Shown here: one piece after another, positions 14,178-26,689 of the stretch
Layout: the number at the start of each line of letters is the position of its first letter
Position numbering within the stretch: the stretch's first letter is position 1
NCBI GenBank assembly: GCA_958009085.1
Contig: OY253685.1
Location: 558,001 to 622,000 of the forward strand
Direction: 5' to 3'
Length of the DNA stretch: 64,000 nucleotides
Source of the DNA: Protoeuglena noctilucae
Lineage: Eukaryota
Notes under the pieces: model-generated
What the model was told of the DNA's origin: nothing
Database searches by the model: none
Seen by the model: only the letters and a program-made list of their open reading frames with translations
Program-made: the position numbers and the translations under genes

Positions 14178-14748
14178 TCAGGCCATCGTGCTCTCCATGC
14201 TCGCAGGGCCTGCGTCGAAGCCGGGCGCGGGGACGCGCTAGGCGGGCGCCTGAGGCAACAAGGCACGGGATCGTTCACACCGACAAGACTTGGCGCCTGC
14301 GGGGGCCTCGCCTGGTTGATACGCCCGCCCGCGGGCCACGAGACGCCGCCTGCAGGCGCACAAAGCTCGCCTACCGAGCGATGGCCTCCTTATCTGCCAC
14401 CGAGTCTGTACGGCGCCGACCAATGCGGCTGCCGCGGGTTCCCGCTTCGGATCTCTGCACAACTGGCCCACGCCGCTGTGCAGGCAAAAGATGCGCCGGC
14501 TGGTTTCCACGCGCACGCATTCAAGTTCCAATTGGCTCGTGCGCGCTGGGGTGCCGCTCCGAAAGGCTCGCGTGTGCAGCTCTCTGGCGGCGCTTCCGAC
14601 AGCGTGCGCAACGACGAAGGCTTGCGAGACTGCTGAGAAATCGGCGCCGCTGTCCACCTCAGTTTAGCCCAGGTGTGCTAGGGACAGACCGAAGGCTCGC
14701 GCATCCTGTCTCATTTGGCCAGCGTTGCGGGCCCGTGAGCGCCCACCG

Positions 14749-15854
14749 ATGCGCGTCGTCATACGTCGAGCATCCTGGGTTCCTGTAGCAGCCGCGGGAT
14801 ATCAAAGATGTGCAAGGAGGGCGGTGGCAGCCAGCGCGCGTCCGGAGCTTCGCGCGGAGCCATGGCTCGGCACCCCGTCTCAGAACGACGCGCTGCGGCG
14901 CCTCAGGGAGCGGATGCGGGGATGCGCGTGGGGCAAGGTGCGTGAATGCAGACGACGTGCACATCGCGGCGTTTGCGACGGAGCCAGCGTGATTGCGCCG
15001 ATCGGCGTTCCGGCGCCCCTGCCGCAGCCGAGCGAAGAGGACTACGTCTGGTACCTGCGCGACCGATCGTTTGACGTGGATGAGGCGGCGGACAAGTTGG
15101 AGCGGACGATGCGCTTCCGTAGGGAGTTCCGGCCCCAGGAGCTCACGAAGGACGACGTTCGCGTGGCTTATGCGACGGGCGTTGCCGACTTGCTGCAGAC
15201 CAGGGACCGCTTTGGCAGGCCAGTCCTCGTGATCAGGGCCGCCAATCACACGCCTGGTCGCTTGCGTGCCAGCGAACAACTCGGGGTGTATCTGGTGGAG
15301 CGGGCTCTCGAAACAGCAAGGGTGAGGCGATGACGGCAGCTGCGAGTGAATGTGGTGCTGTCCGGGAGGATGTAGCCACTGCTTTTGGCGGACCCGTTGG
15401 CGCGGTCTGCGCCCGCTGCGTGAGGGACGGCACGGTGGGAGGGGCATCGCAAGGGCTGGGCTTGTCGTTGCCCCGCAGGGCAGCGGGGTGGAGGAGTTCG
15501 TCAGCGTGTTTGACATGCGTGGAGTGACGCCGGCGAACATTGATTTGGCACTTCTCAGGTTCATCATCGATCTCTTCTTTGTGTATTATCCCAGACGTAT
15601 CGGTGAGCGAGGGCCCAGTGGCCCTCACGTGCCCGTGTTGCGAGTCCCCCGCCACACGCAGACATACCAGGCCATCGCATGTGGATGCCATTGCATGCTT
15701 GCTGCTCGCAGGAGTTGTGTATTTCGTCAACGTACCATTCTTTTTCAACGCCGTCTGGTCGGCCATCGCACCGAGCCTCTCCAAGTACGCCAGCCTCGTG
15801 CGCTTCGAGGACTCCGGTAGCGTCCTCAGGGAACTCGGCATTCCAAAGCTGTGA
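14749..15854 (+). CDS. CRAL-TRIO (Sec14-like) lipid-binding protein, 4 exons, possible organellar transit peptide
   Basis: Spliced product contains WYLRDRSFDVDEAADKL (CRAL-TRIO N-terminal region), DRFGRPVLVIRA, VFDMRGVTPANIDL..FFVYYPRRIG and VYFVNVPFFFNAVWSAIAPSL. R/A/S-rich N-terminus from ATG 14749; TGA at 15852-15854. Confidence 0.85.
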
Positions 15855-15984
15855 GCCAGCTTGTTCGTGCCGGCCGCACCTGCGCCCTCGACTGCACCCG
15901 CATGCACCTGCATCGCCTGCGCGGACCCCGACCGCAGCGATTCCGCCGCGCCCCGGCGATAACCCTGATTTCGAATGAAGAGAA

Positions 15985-17793
15985 ATGCGACGCGTGAGAT
16001 GCCGCAGTGGGTGGCGGGCCCTCCTGCCCGTCCTGCTCCTCGTCGCGATCGCGGGATGCGCGCTCGCGCGCGCGCTAGCGCTCGGTGACGACGTCCATGA
16101 GCACGCAAGAAGGTAATTAGACATTTAACACGTCCCCCAGCCGTGCCGGGGCTCGGGGCAGCGAGGGGACGAGGAACGCCTTCGGCCTCCCCCTGCAGAC
16201 TGCAGCAAACCTCCCCTTCGCCGACGTCACCTGCGTCCGGCCCTACGCCCGGGGCCACCACACCGTCGTCCGGCCCCACACCCGGAGCGACCACGCCCTC
16301 GTCTGGCCCCACTCCTGGTGCCACCACGCCGTCGTCCGGCCCCACACCCGGAGCGACCACGCCATCGTCCGGCCCCACTCCTGGTGCCACCACGCCGTCG
16401 TCCGGCCCCACACCCGGAGCGACCACGCCATCGTCCGGCCCATCTCCTGGTGCCACCACGCCGTCGTCCGGCCCCACACCCGGAGCGACCACGCCATCGT
16501 CCGGCCCCACTCCTGGTGCCACCACGCCGTCGTCCGGCCCCACACCCGGAGCGACCACGCCATCGTCCGGCCCCACTCCTGGTGCCACCACGCCCTCGTC
16601 CGGCGCCACTCCTGGCGCAACCACGCCCTCGTCCGGCCCCACTCCTGGTGCCACCACACCGTCGTCAGGCCCCACTCCTGGTGCGACTACGCCGTCGTCC
16701 GGGCCCACGGCGGACCCCGCGCTTGGCGCGAGCCCCACCTCAAGCCCTACACCTACGCCAGACCCCACGTCCAGCTCAGCACCCGGGCCAAGCCCCACTC
16801 CCACCTCGAGCCCCCCCTCTGGGTCCCTGACCGCCAACATCGCCCTGCGCTACACCGAGGGCTCGCAGGTCCTCGACGTGAGCATCAACGTCGATGCGAA
16901 CGGCGAGATCATCATGCACAGCCAGCTGCTGGACGCCTCGCAAGCCGGGGACGGGAGCAGCTCCACCCTCACGGCGACGACCGCGTCCCAGGCATCGGTG
17001 GGTGGCTCGTCTGTGTCGACGCAGAGCGGCACGAGCGTCGACTCGGGCTGGCAGGATCAGACGTGGAACGGCCAGATCTACGTCGACCCGACCACGGGAG
17101 TCATCGTGAGTGAACACGGTGTTGTGATGGCCGGCTGAGTTCCACCATCTCTGCTGGTGGACTGCGGACGTGAGCGATGCGGCGCCGGCTCTGGCTGCAC
17201 CTGCCAGCGGCTAGCCAAGCGGTTCCCCTTCCTCCCGCCCGTCGCCTCAGATCATGCCACAGCAGTCCATCAACACCAACGTGACCACCAATGTCACAGC
17301 GGCCACCTGCCCGCCCGGCGCGACCAACTGCACCCCCGGGGCCGGCGGGAGCAACGTGCAGGTGCGCGCCAGCCTGACGCGAGCACTAGCGAGCGCAATC
17401 CCTGCTGTACCTTGGCACTTTGCGACCTGCAACGGGGGCATCCTGTGCTGCTTGTGGCAGAAGGAGACTAAGCCATGCTGCAGCCTTTGAGGGCGCAGCG
17501 CGGATAATGCCGCTCAGCTCTGCCCCGTTGCGACGTGGCCGCAGAACCAAGTAGGTACGCAGCTCATCACGGTGCTGGAAATCTACGCGGGGGACGACAC
17601 CACGGACCTCATCCAGGCGCTGCAGCGGACGGGCAGCATCGCGGACGGCGTGTCGAGCATCCTCAACCAAGTCACCGGGCGCCTCACAAACATCGGCGAA
17701 TCTGCAGCGGCCGCGGCGGGCGCGGGCACGGACCCGCAGCTGGCAGACGCGCACGCGAGAATCGCCCAGCGGCTGTCGCACATGATGGCCTGA
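15985..17793 (+). CDS. Putative secreted Ser/Thr/Pro/Gly-rich (mucin/HRGP-like) repeat protein, 4 exons
   Basis: Exon 1 (15985-16112) encodes signal-peptide-like MRRVRCRSGWRALLPVLLLVAIAGCALA. The GT-AG intron 16113-16198 gives ARRLQQ followed by 14 x GPTPGATTPSS. Further in-phase exons at ~17251-17361 and ~17545-17793 (TGA). Confidence 0.7.
16239..16700 (+). repeat. Coding minisatellite, 14 x 33 bp (GPTPGATTPSS)
   Basis: Tandem 33-bp units. Central units alternate between two variants (cccacacccggagcg / cccactcctggtgcc), giving a 66-bp higher-order period. Confidence 0.95.
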
Positions 17794-17939
17794 GATGGAC
17801 GCCCGGGGTGTGACACTTGGTCATCTACGACTCGCAGAAGATGGCCGCCGTGACTTTTCAGCGTTTCCAGTCTTGTTAGTCGGTGTTTCAGCGTATCATA
17901 GCTTGAAGAAGCACGATGCCGCCGCGGTAGAGGGCAGTC

Positions 17940-19163
17940 ATGGACGTGGCGGCCATTCTCGCGTTCGATGAGACCGCACGGGACTTCCTGTGCCGAGCGG
18001 TGCAGCCTCCGATCCTGGCGGGCCTGCCCCTCTTCAACGCGGAGCCCGTCCGCGCAGGCGAGCGCACCGCGCGGACATTCCGTCCCTCCCGCCTCTGCAT
18101 GCGTTGCCATAGAAGCTGGATATTGACTCGGCGCGCCCATCGCCCCTCCATCGAGCGCAGGGAGCGTGGTGGAGCTGTGCTGCGCAGGTGCGTCGGGGAA
18201 GACGAGCCTGCTGATCCAGTGCGCGGCCCAGACGCTCGGCGACGGTCTCGACGAAGGTGGGGATTGCTAGACGTGCCGCTGCAAGCTCCGCGAGGCGCGG
18301 GGACACCGCGATGGCCGCGCAAGCGCACTCGCAGGGCCGGCCCGGGACGTCTTCTTTTTCGACGCCGATGGCAGGTTCGACCTCATTCGGCTGCTGCGAT
18401 GCCTCGAAGCGGACTACTCGGTGCCCCGCGAGCGCTTCGAGGAGGCGCTCTCGCGCTTCTGGCTGGCGAGTCGTCCCACTGCGCCCGCTGCGCGAGGTCT
18501 ACCGTCCCGGCGCCGCTTCCAGACGCGTCGCGCTTCGCACTTCCTGCAGATACGCTGCTATTCCCTCCTGGATCTCGTATCCGCGGCCTGCAGCGTGCGC
18601 CCGGCCGTGCGCGCGGCCGCGACCCGCGCCGGCCACCCTCCCCTGGTCTTGGTGGACAGCGTGAGCTCCTATTGGACCATCGAGAAGGCGTCGCGGCCTA
18701 CGAGTCCCTCCGCGCCCATGGCTCCGGCGGGCGTGCACCAGGCGCTGGCCGCAGCGGTGCGTGGCATGGCAAAACACGACAAGGCCGTCGTCCTCCTCGC
18801 GACCTCCACGGCCGGCCCCACGCTGCGCCGGGGAGCCTCCGAAAGCGTTTCCTGGGACTTCCGCCCCGCGCTGCCGGCCCCCTGGCAGGGCTGCGTCACC
18901 CACAGGGTGCTCATCCAACGCGCGCCCATGCACAGGTGCGCTGGTGCGGGGTGTAGCTGAGCAAGTGCAGCTGCAGGAGACCTATACGCCACCATCACAA
19001 TCGTCTCGTTCCCGCTCCCCGCAGTGCCAGTCAGGACGAGCCGGGCACCATGATGCTCGCGTGCCCCGACCTGCCTCGCTCGGGCGACGTCGTCCCCTTC
19101 TGGGTCACGGCCACGGGCGTCACGTTCGCATGGACAGCCTCGCATGGTGGGGGTATTACATGA
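17940..19163 (+). CDS. XRCC2: DNA repair protein XRCC2 (RAD51 paralog), 5 exons
   Basis: N-terminal DETARDFL, Walker A VVELCCAGASGKTSLL, VFFFDADGRFDLIRLL, IRCYS, Walker B LVLVDSVSSYW and C-terminal PFWVTATGV. Introns 1 and 3 use GC donors (18058, 18466). Confidence 0.8.
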
Positions 19164-19262
19164 TAGACATAGCAGACTCTGTGCATCCCACGCTTCATAG
19201 CACATACAGCTTGCCCCCGTATCCACACGCGTTCCCTTTCCTATCTAACTTGCCTGTCTAGC

Positions 19263-19267
19263 TTACA
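19263..19267 (-). terminator. Candidate green-algal TGTAA polyadenylation signal for the coiled-coil gene
   Basis: TGTAA on the minus strand ~230 nt after the stop at 19496. The motif is short and is not found after every gene here. Confidence 0.3.
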
Positions 19268-19495
19268 ATTCACCCAGCCATGCTTATGCGTCTGTCCCTT
19301 CCCTGCCAGCATGCGAGCGCCGTCACGCTTCAAGCATGAACCACGCTTTCTAATTGGCACACATCCATCACGACGATCCAACTCCGCTCATCACGACGAC
19401 TTGACTCAGCACTGCCCAGCCCATCCCAGCCCCTCATGCACCGCCCATCACGACGACTCATGACTAACTCATCACCCCTCATTCCAACAACCCCA

Positions 19496-22400
19496 TCACG
19501 CCCCGACAGACTGGCTTCCCATAGTACTACCGCCCATGCGTGCGTCCCCCGCCCCGCCACCATTCGCATTCACATTCGAACTCGAGTGCTCGCGCAGGAT
19601 GCGCTGCACCAGGCTCCTCCTCGCCCCGTAGTTGGTCTTGGGTTTGAATGTCAGCTGCTCCTCCTCGGCTCGCAGCATCTCCTCGACCGCCATCCGCCGG
19701 CGGCTCCACCGCTCGCTCACGCGCTTCTCCGCCGCACGCCGCTCGCTCTGTGGCGGGGAGATGCGGGTGATGGTGAAGCGGCGCCGAGTACGTTGTCGAC
19801 AGTGAGCGGTGCGTCACTGTAACGAACCGTCATTGGCCAGTTACAACACCAACAGCTCTGTAATTATTTATTTAGTTATACACAGCGACCCTAACTCCCT
19901 CACCTCCAGCGCCGGCTCCTTGGCCTGGGTCGTGGTGGTGCGCAATGCGGGGCGCTCGAAAAACACCTTGGCGCACCGCTCCTCAAACTCCTCCTGCATT
20001 TTCTGTGAAGGTAAAGGACAAAGAATGTTGATGATGAAACGTTAAAATACTGCACATGTTTACATATCACTATACTAATAAACTATACTAAAGTGTATAA
20101 TTAAACAAACAAATCACACCAGTCGCCTCCCTCACCTTGGCCTTGTCCCTCCTTCGGTAGTACTGCTCGGTCCCCCGCACCAGGACGGGGTCGGTGGACG
20201 GGGCTGGCGGTCCGTGGACCTCAGGGGCGAAAGTGCAGTTCTCCAGCTCACGCAGCGCAGCACGTTCCCTGAATGGGGCAAGTAAGTGAAGGGGTGGTCA
20301 GGGGGTGTGGGATCACGGGTTCACGGTTTTTGCTCCAATGCTGTCGTGCTGCCCATCACCACTAGTACCATCGCAACTATCGTGGTAGTTGTATTGGTTA
20401 CCACCACTCATCCTTTCCGCATTTCTCACCTCTCCGCGGCCAGCGACATCTCCCGCTGCTCCTGCTGCTGCCTGACGCGATCCATCACCACATCCGGGTC
20501 GCCCAGCGCCACCGACACCTTGTCGACGCGGGCGGCCGTGCGGGGGTAGGGGAGCATGTGCTCCTCGGCCAGGCGGGGCTTGCTGCGAAGGACGGTAACA
20601 GGGGGTCGCTATGAATATGCATCATGTTGGTTTTATAATTGCGACAGGTGTCTTGCTTAACGACAGGTGCATCGTACTGTCGTTGTTGCTATGACATCGC
20701 TTACTTGTTTCCAATAAAGAGCATCTCTCGCCTGGTGTCTGGCTGGAAGGTGCACTGATGCATCGATTATCTGAATATATATGATAATTACAAATAATCA
20801 CATCATCCCTCGCCTGGTGTCTGGCTGGAAGGTGCACTCGGCCCGCATCCGCTCCTCCGCCTGCTGCCGCAGACGCTCCAGCCGAACCTTGTGCTTCTCA
20901 TTTGTGAGCAACTCCTCCACCGTGGACGTCTGCGGGGGTAGAGCGACAATAAATATATGATATTCGTTGATATATCTACCTAAAGTAAATATAATATAAA
21001 GTCAATAATTACTTATTATAAGATATAATATTACAATATATTAATAATAATAAAATAATAATAAAATAAAATAAAATTATGTGAGAATATAACCATACAG
21101 CCCCGGCCTCGCCTTCATGGACTGCGCCTTCTTGGTGAGCTGCGGCCGGAAATCGAACTGGGAGTAGTACGACTCGGCAATGGTGGCGCGCAAAGCCTCC
21201 TTGCGCTCAGCATCGCGGTACGACAGGCGCTCCACGCGCTCCAGGAAGGACTGGGGGGATATGAGTAATAGTGTTGATTATATAGTCGTTATCATACATA
21301 ATTATAATAATTGTAAATAATAATTGTAAATAATAATTGTAAATGTTGTGCATTATTATATTTAAGAAAAAAATTACAACAGGCCCAAGCGCCCCACCAA
21401 CTGCCCCCAATCTCACCTCTGCGGTGTGGTGGCTGAGCCTTGCGGATGTGGCGACCATCATGGCGGACGCGTGCGTGATGCGGGGGCGGAAGGTGCACTC
21501 GCGGTCCTCCGCTTTCTGTGCTAATGCGTCCTGCTGGCGGGCGCGGCGATCCAGGTCGTACTGAACACGCTCTGGGGGTGAGAAGGGGAGAGAGGGGTGA
21601 TTGAGTTATCGAATATAATTTTTGTATGATCATCAGCTGCTGGTATGGGCAGCGGTCCAAGTCGTATTGACCGCACCGTGCCAGCAGTGATATACTGATG
21701 GGATGCATCCATGAGCTGCCTCACCGCAACATACACGGACAGTACCGATATCTATAGCAATTACATTACTATCACCACCACAACACTGACCCAGGAAGTC
21801 CTGCGGCCTGTCCGGCTGTATCTCCATAAGCTGCCGCGATCGGTGGCTGATGGCGGGCTGGAAGGTGCAGTCGCGGTCAACCGGGTCCAGGTCCGCGGCC
21901 GACTTGACGCGGCGGAAGAGGAAGTCGGGGAGAGAACCCTGGTAATTGCCCTGGGGAGAGGACGTGTGTGTAGCTACAGTATGATTATATTAGAGCATCG
22001 TATCATATAACCTTAGCTATAATAGTAAAGTACAATTGTCGTCAAAGATCAATGCTTACAATTGTATCATTACCGCCCCCTCCCTCACCTCTGCCGCGAG
22101 CGTGTTGGTCCACAGGTCTTTCCTCAGATCCCTCTCCTCCGCCAACACCATCGAATTGGCGTTGAGCTGGGGGGCGAACGTGAACGTCTTCTCCTGCTCC
22201 TCCCTGCGATGAGTATCAATAGATGGCAACATGGTAACAATAATATTTAACGAAATATTTCCCTCAGAACAGTTAAACGTTGTCCAAGAGCCGGCCACCC
22301 CCACCAACCACCACCCACCTGGCCTGTAGCAGCTTCGCGTTCCTCTTGGCCACCTCCTGCTGGTACCTCTCGTGGATGGGGTGGTACCCCGGCAACTGGC

Positions 22401-25400
22401 GGTCACGCGTCAGAGCACGGTCCAGCTGGCCCGTCACCTCCTCCATCTCCTGGGCCTCCTTCTTCGCCAGCTCCTGAAAGGAATTGGGGTGGTGGGAGAG
22501 AATTAGTAATATTGATTAAAATTATGTTATATTTATATGTAACATATGTAAAATTTTATGTCAAATTTTAGACGTTGTATAAATAATGACATAAAGCCAT
22601 GTTAATATTATTGATCAATCTCATCCCCTCCCATCCCTCGCCTGTTCCAGGAACTCCTGTTTCTTGCGCAAAGCGCGCTCGGCCCGCTCAATCACCCCCG
22701 CCCCGTCGTGCTCCCCCACCCGCTGGTCCGACACCAGGCGGGGCGAGTGCGTGCACGCCTCCGCGAGCTCCTCCGCCTCCCGGCGGACCTTCTCTGAAAG
22801 AGGGGAAGAGAAAAAGGACAGGTCAAGGGATCGATACCCAGCGACGCGCGCCTCACCTCCGCCCCTCGCTCGCCATTCGCCCCACTCGTCGCATCCAGTG
22901 ACGCTCATCACACTTGTCGCGTCCAATCTCGCACCGCCCGTCACTCTCCATCCAACCTTCACCCTCTACCCACCACACCCACCATCGCATCGCACCCCAC
23001 CCCATCTCCCCTCACCCTCCATCCTCCTCCGTCGATTGGCCTCCCTCCTCATCTGATCCTCGACACAGCGATCGAGGAAATCCCTTGAAAGATCCATAGC
23101 CGTCGCCCGGCTGGCCACCAACTGTGGCTGGAACGGCATCGCCCGCAGTCGCTCCTCCAATACTTGAATAGCCACCGACTCTTTCGTGTGCTTGCCCGTC
23201 GCACGGCTCAGCGGGAACTCCTCAGGAACCGTCAGGCGGGGGGCGGGGCGGGGCTGGGGGGGGGGGGGGGAGGTGGGGGCAGGGGGTAGCTGTGCAACAG
23301 GGGCCCCACTTCAACTCCCCTCACCACCCTCACCCCCCTCCCTCACCTACACCACAACAAGCATCCACCCCAGCCACCCCTCCCTCACTCCCTCACCTCC
23401 CCCACTACACACAGTCACCCCATCCCCCTGTCCCTCCCTCACCTCGGCATCCGGTCGCGCCCGTGGCGCACTCGACGGCCGCCGCGCCCTCGTCGCCGCC
23501 CCACCGCGGCTCTCCCTTGCACGGGGTGCACTTGAAGGCCTCACACCCGCACCCGCACCGCCACCCACGCTGCCACCCGCACCCGCCCTCACCCCCGCAC
23601 CCGCGCTCGCCGGCCTCGCTCTCACACCCGCACTGCCACTACCACCGCCACCCGCACCACCCTGCCTCCCTCCTGCACCCGCACCCACACCGCCACCCGC
23701 ACCGCCACCCGCACCACCCGCGATTGGCTTGGTTGCCGCGACGGGCGCACGCAGCGGCACCGGCGCCCCCCTCTGCCCCGGTCCCGCCCTGGGCCGCGCG
23801 GCTGGCATTTCTGGCGTGGCGCCGGGGTCTGCGTCTGGGCCTGCGGGGAGGAGCATGGATGGGGTGTCGATGTTACACATCGATGCTGCTTATGTGATAC
23901 AATGTCAGCGACACCACTCATATTGGCATGTCCATGTCTGCCCGTCACTCGCTGGAGCATGTATCGTAATGCACACACATATGGTTACAACAACAGGAAC
24001 ATGCGATGTGGACATACACGCATCGCGGCCCGTCCCGCCCCCCTCGCCTGCGCGCTGCCCGCCGCTGCTGGCGGTGCGCGTGCCGCGGCTGCTGCTCCCG
24101 ATGGCGGATGCGGGGGTGGCCGAGGTGGTGTGGGAGGAGGGGGGGAAGTCGACTTCCATGGGGCCCTGGGGGCCCACGAAGGACGCGGCTCTGGGGGAGA
24201 GGGGGGTGGGTCGATCATTGTTGTTAATCTAGTTATTGATCATGTTTGTATCGAGGAAGCGAAGACTGAGTCTGCGTTGTCAGCAAAGTAGCGCTGATAG
24301 TCGTAGTAATGGTAGTTATGTTAGTGGATCCCTTCTCTTCTTGCTTGTCTCTCCTCGACCCACCACTGCTCTTTGTAGCACAACGCACATGCTATAAATA
24401 TTACGAAAGATACTAAGTATCACTTAAAGTAATAACCATTCCCATCTGTTCTCGCCTGTCTCTCCTCGACTCGGCATCGGAGTGGAACTCGGAGGGCGTT
24501 TTCGAATCGGCCACTGAGGGGGGCAGCGACACGGCCGGCTCATGGGCGTCCAACCCAGCGTGACCGTGGTGACCCATATGATGACCCATATGATGGGGCA
24601 TGTGAGAGGTGTGAGGGCCCGCGTCACGGCGGGAGGCATTGGCGCCGGGTGCGCCGATGCTGGAGGAGGAGAGGTCGGTGCGGGGAGGGGGGTACGAGTG
24701 GCGGGGCTGTGAGGGGAGGGAGAGAGGTGGGGGTTTTGTGTGGGTGGGTGGGGTACGAGTGGCGGGGCTGGGGAAGAGAGTGAGTGAGAGTGGAAGGTCG
24801 GGTTATCAATTCCCCCTGACCCTCGCACTCTCCCCTATTACCTAAGACCCCAGCCGTCAGCAATAAAAACGCATCATAGCACAGTGCACCCCAACACCAC
24901 GCCCTCACCTCCGACCCCGGCAGTGACATGTCGGCCGGCGAGACGCGCCCCATGTCGACGCTCCCCGCCTCGCCCCCGTGCACGGTGCTGTGCGGGGACA
25001 GCAGGCCGCGGTTCTGGGTGTCGGAAGACGTGCGGGCCGCGCGGCGACGCTCCTCATACTGCAGAAGTGGGGGGAAGGCTTGGGACGGGATCAGTGTGCT
25101 TGTAGTGTACCGTCACCCTCACCCACACTCCCACCCGCACTCCCACCCACACTGCTACCCACATGCACCCCAACACTCACACCCACCACTACCCCCACCC
25201 GCCACCACAACGCACCTGCTGCCGGAGGTCCCTCAGTCGCTGCTCCCGGGTGCGCGCATCACCGCGCCTCGCCCGCCCGTCCAGAATGTCATCCAGCTGC
25301 GCCGTGGCGCTGCGTTGCGCGCCGCCCTGTTCCGAAGGCGCAGAGCTGCGGGGGGTTCGGGGCACGGCAGAGGTTGGGTTGCATTGCAAAGCACGGCCAT

Positions 25401-26106
25401 GCATGCCACAACGGGCACACGCATGCAAGGCGACCAATACACTCCGCCGGGCCCGGGCCGCGCCTGGAGAGTCCCGGCGTCCGATCGCCGTGATGATCGA
25501 ATATGCTCGACTCCGGCGAAAGGATGGAGCCGCCGCCGGCCAGCGGCGGGGACGCACTCTCGATGTCGTGCGACGGAGGGCGCAGCGGCCGGGCATCCCC
25601 GGCCGGCCTCGGGATCGGCGGGGGCCGCGACGCAGCTTCGCGTCCCCACGCAGATACTCTCGACGCATCGCCGGTCCGCAGCGCCTCGCGGATAATCTCC
25701 AATTCCGCCTCATACTGTGGGGAAAGCAAATGGCATGCGCTGCGTGAAAGGCGCTCGCGAAAGCTCCCATAGAAGCACCCGGCGCTTGTGATGGCAATGG
25801 AAAGCGCGTGTCGAGGCTCTATGGGCCGGTCAGGCCCCGCGCTCGGCGCTGCGAGGCGGCCCAATGCTGGCGACAGTCGGGGGCCCTCTGAAGCCCCAGG
25901 CGTGGCCGCGGGAGGCCGGTGCCGCGCAGTAGCCGCATACACGAATGCAAAAAGCGGAGGTCAGTCGGGTGCGCTGCGAGATGGCTCCGCGAGGGCGGCA
26001 CGAGGGTCGCGGGGGCGGCGGCGCTGACATCCCCCGCGCGACACGGCGCTGCGCCCTCCACTGAGCCGCGAACACTCGCCTCTGACACTGCACCCGGAGA
26101 CGTCAT
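19496..26106 (-). CDS. Uncharacterised coiled-coil protein with repeated (E/D)CTFxP motifs and a Pro/Gly-rich N-terminal half
   Basis: Spliced exons give MPFQPQL, EACTHSPRL, TFTFAPQLN, DCTFQPAI, ECTFRPRI, FDFRPQL, ECTFQPDT, NCTFAPEV and QLTFKPKTN, separated by charged helices. TGA at 19496. The start at ATG 26106 (MTSPGAVSE, then a GC donor) is tentative. Confidence 0.65.
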
Positions 26107-26689
26107 TATCCGGCACCTCCCTGGGTCGCAAGGGCGCCCGCCTTTCAAACTCGGCCCACGGACCCCGAGTGTTAACTCTGACCTCCCACAGCGCGGGGAG
26201 GGACTCAAAGCTTAAGAATGCTCACAGCAGGCGGTTGTAGAAGCACACTAGAAGGGCTTCATGGATGGCCGGGGGCACGCGAGGAGGAGTCTCTACGCGG
26301 ACGTGCAATCAAATGCAGGCATCCCGGCTCGAGCGCGGCTGGACCGGAGGCCGTGCAGTGGATCACGGGGAGCGACACATTCGACAATGCGCTGCGCGGA
26401 GTTCCGTGATGACCCCTCTGAAGCGCGGTGGTCAGCCGTGCCAGATTACGGCGCAGTCGGGTGGGCCAAAGAGGTCGAGGGCCTCCCGGACGATGATCAG
26501 CTGGACGTGCTTGACGTAATCGTATCGGGACGCACGCGGCATTGCGCGCAACCCCGCAGTGCGCTGCGCCTGGCGATGCGACCCCCATGGCATGCCCCCG
26601 ACGGCTTGTGACAGGGGAGCGGCTCGTGGACAGCCGGTCCTAACCACCTGATCTTTGCATAACAACTCCCACCTGTTGGCCTCGCAACC

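Noticed and set aside
16239..16700. Regular 33-bp array resembling a CRISPR array
   Set aside because: No unique spacers, in-frame coding repeat, eukaryotic context and no cas genes
15233..16840. 535-aa minus-strand ORF with (GVGPDDGVVAP)n
   Set aside because: Antisense shadow of the CRAL-TRIO and repeat genes. The plus strand has the signal peptide and splice sites.
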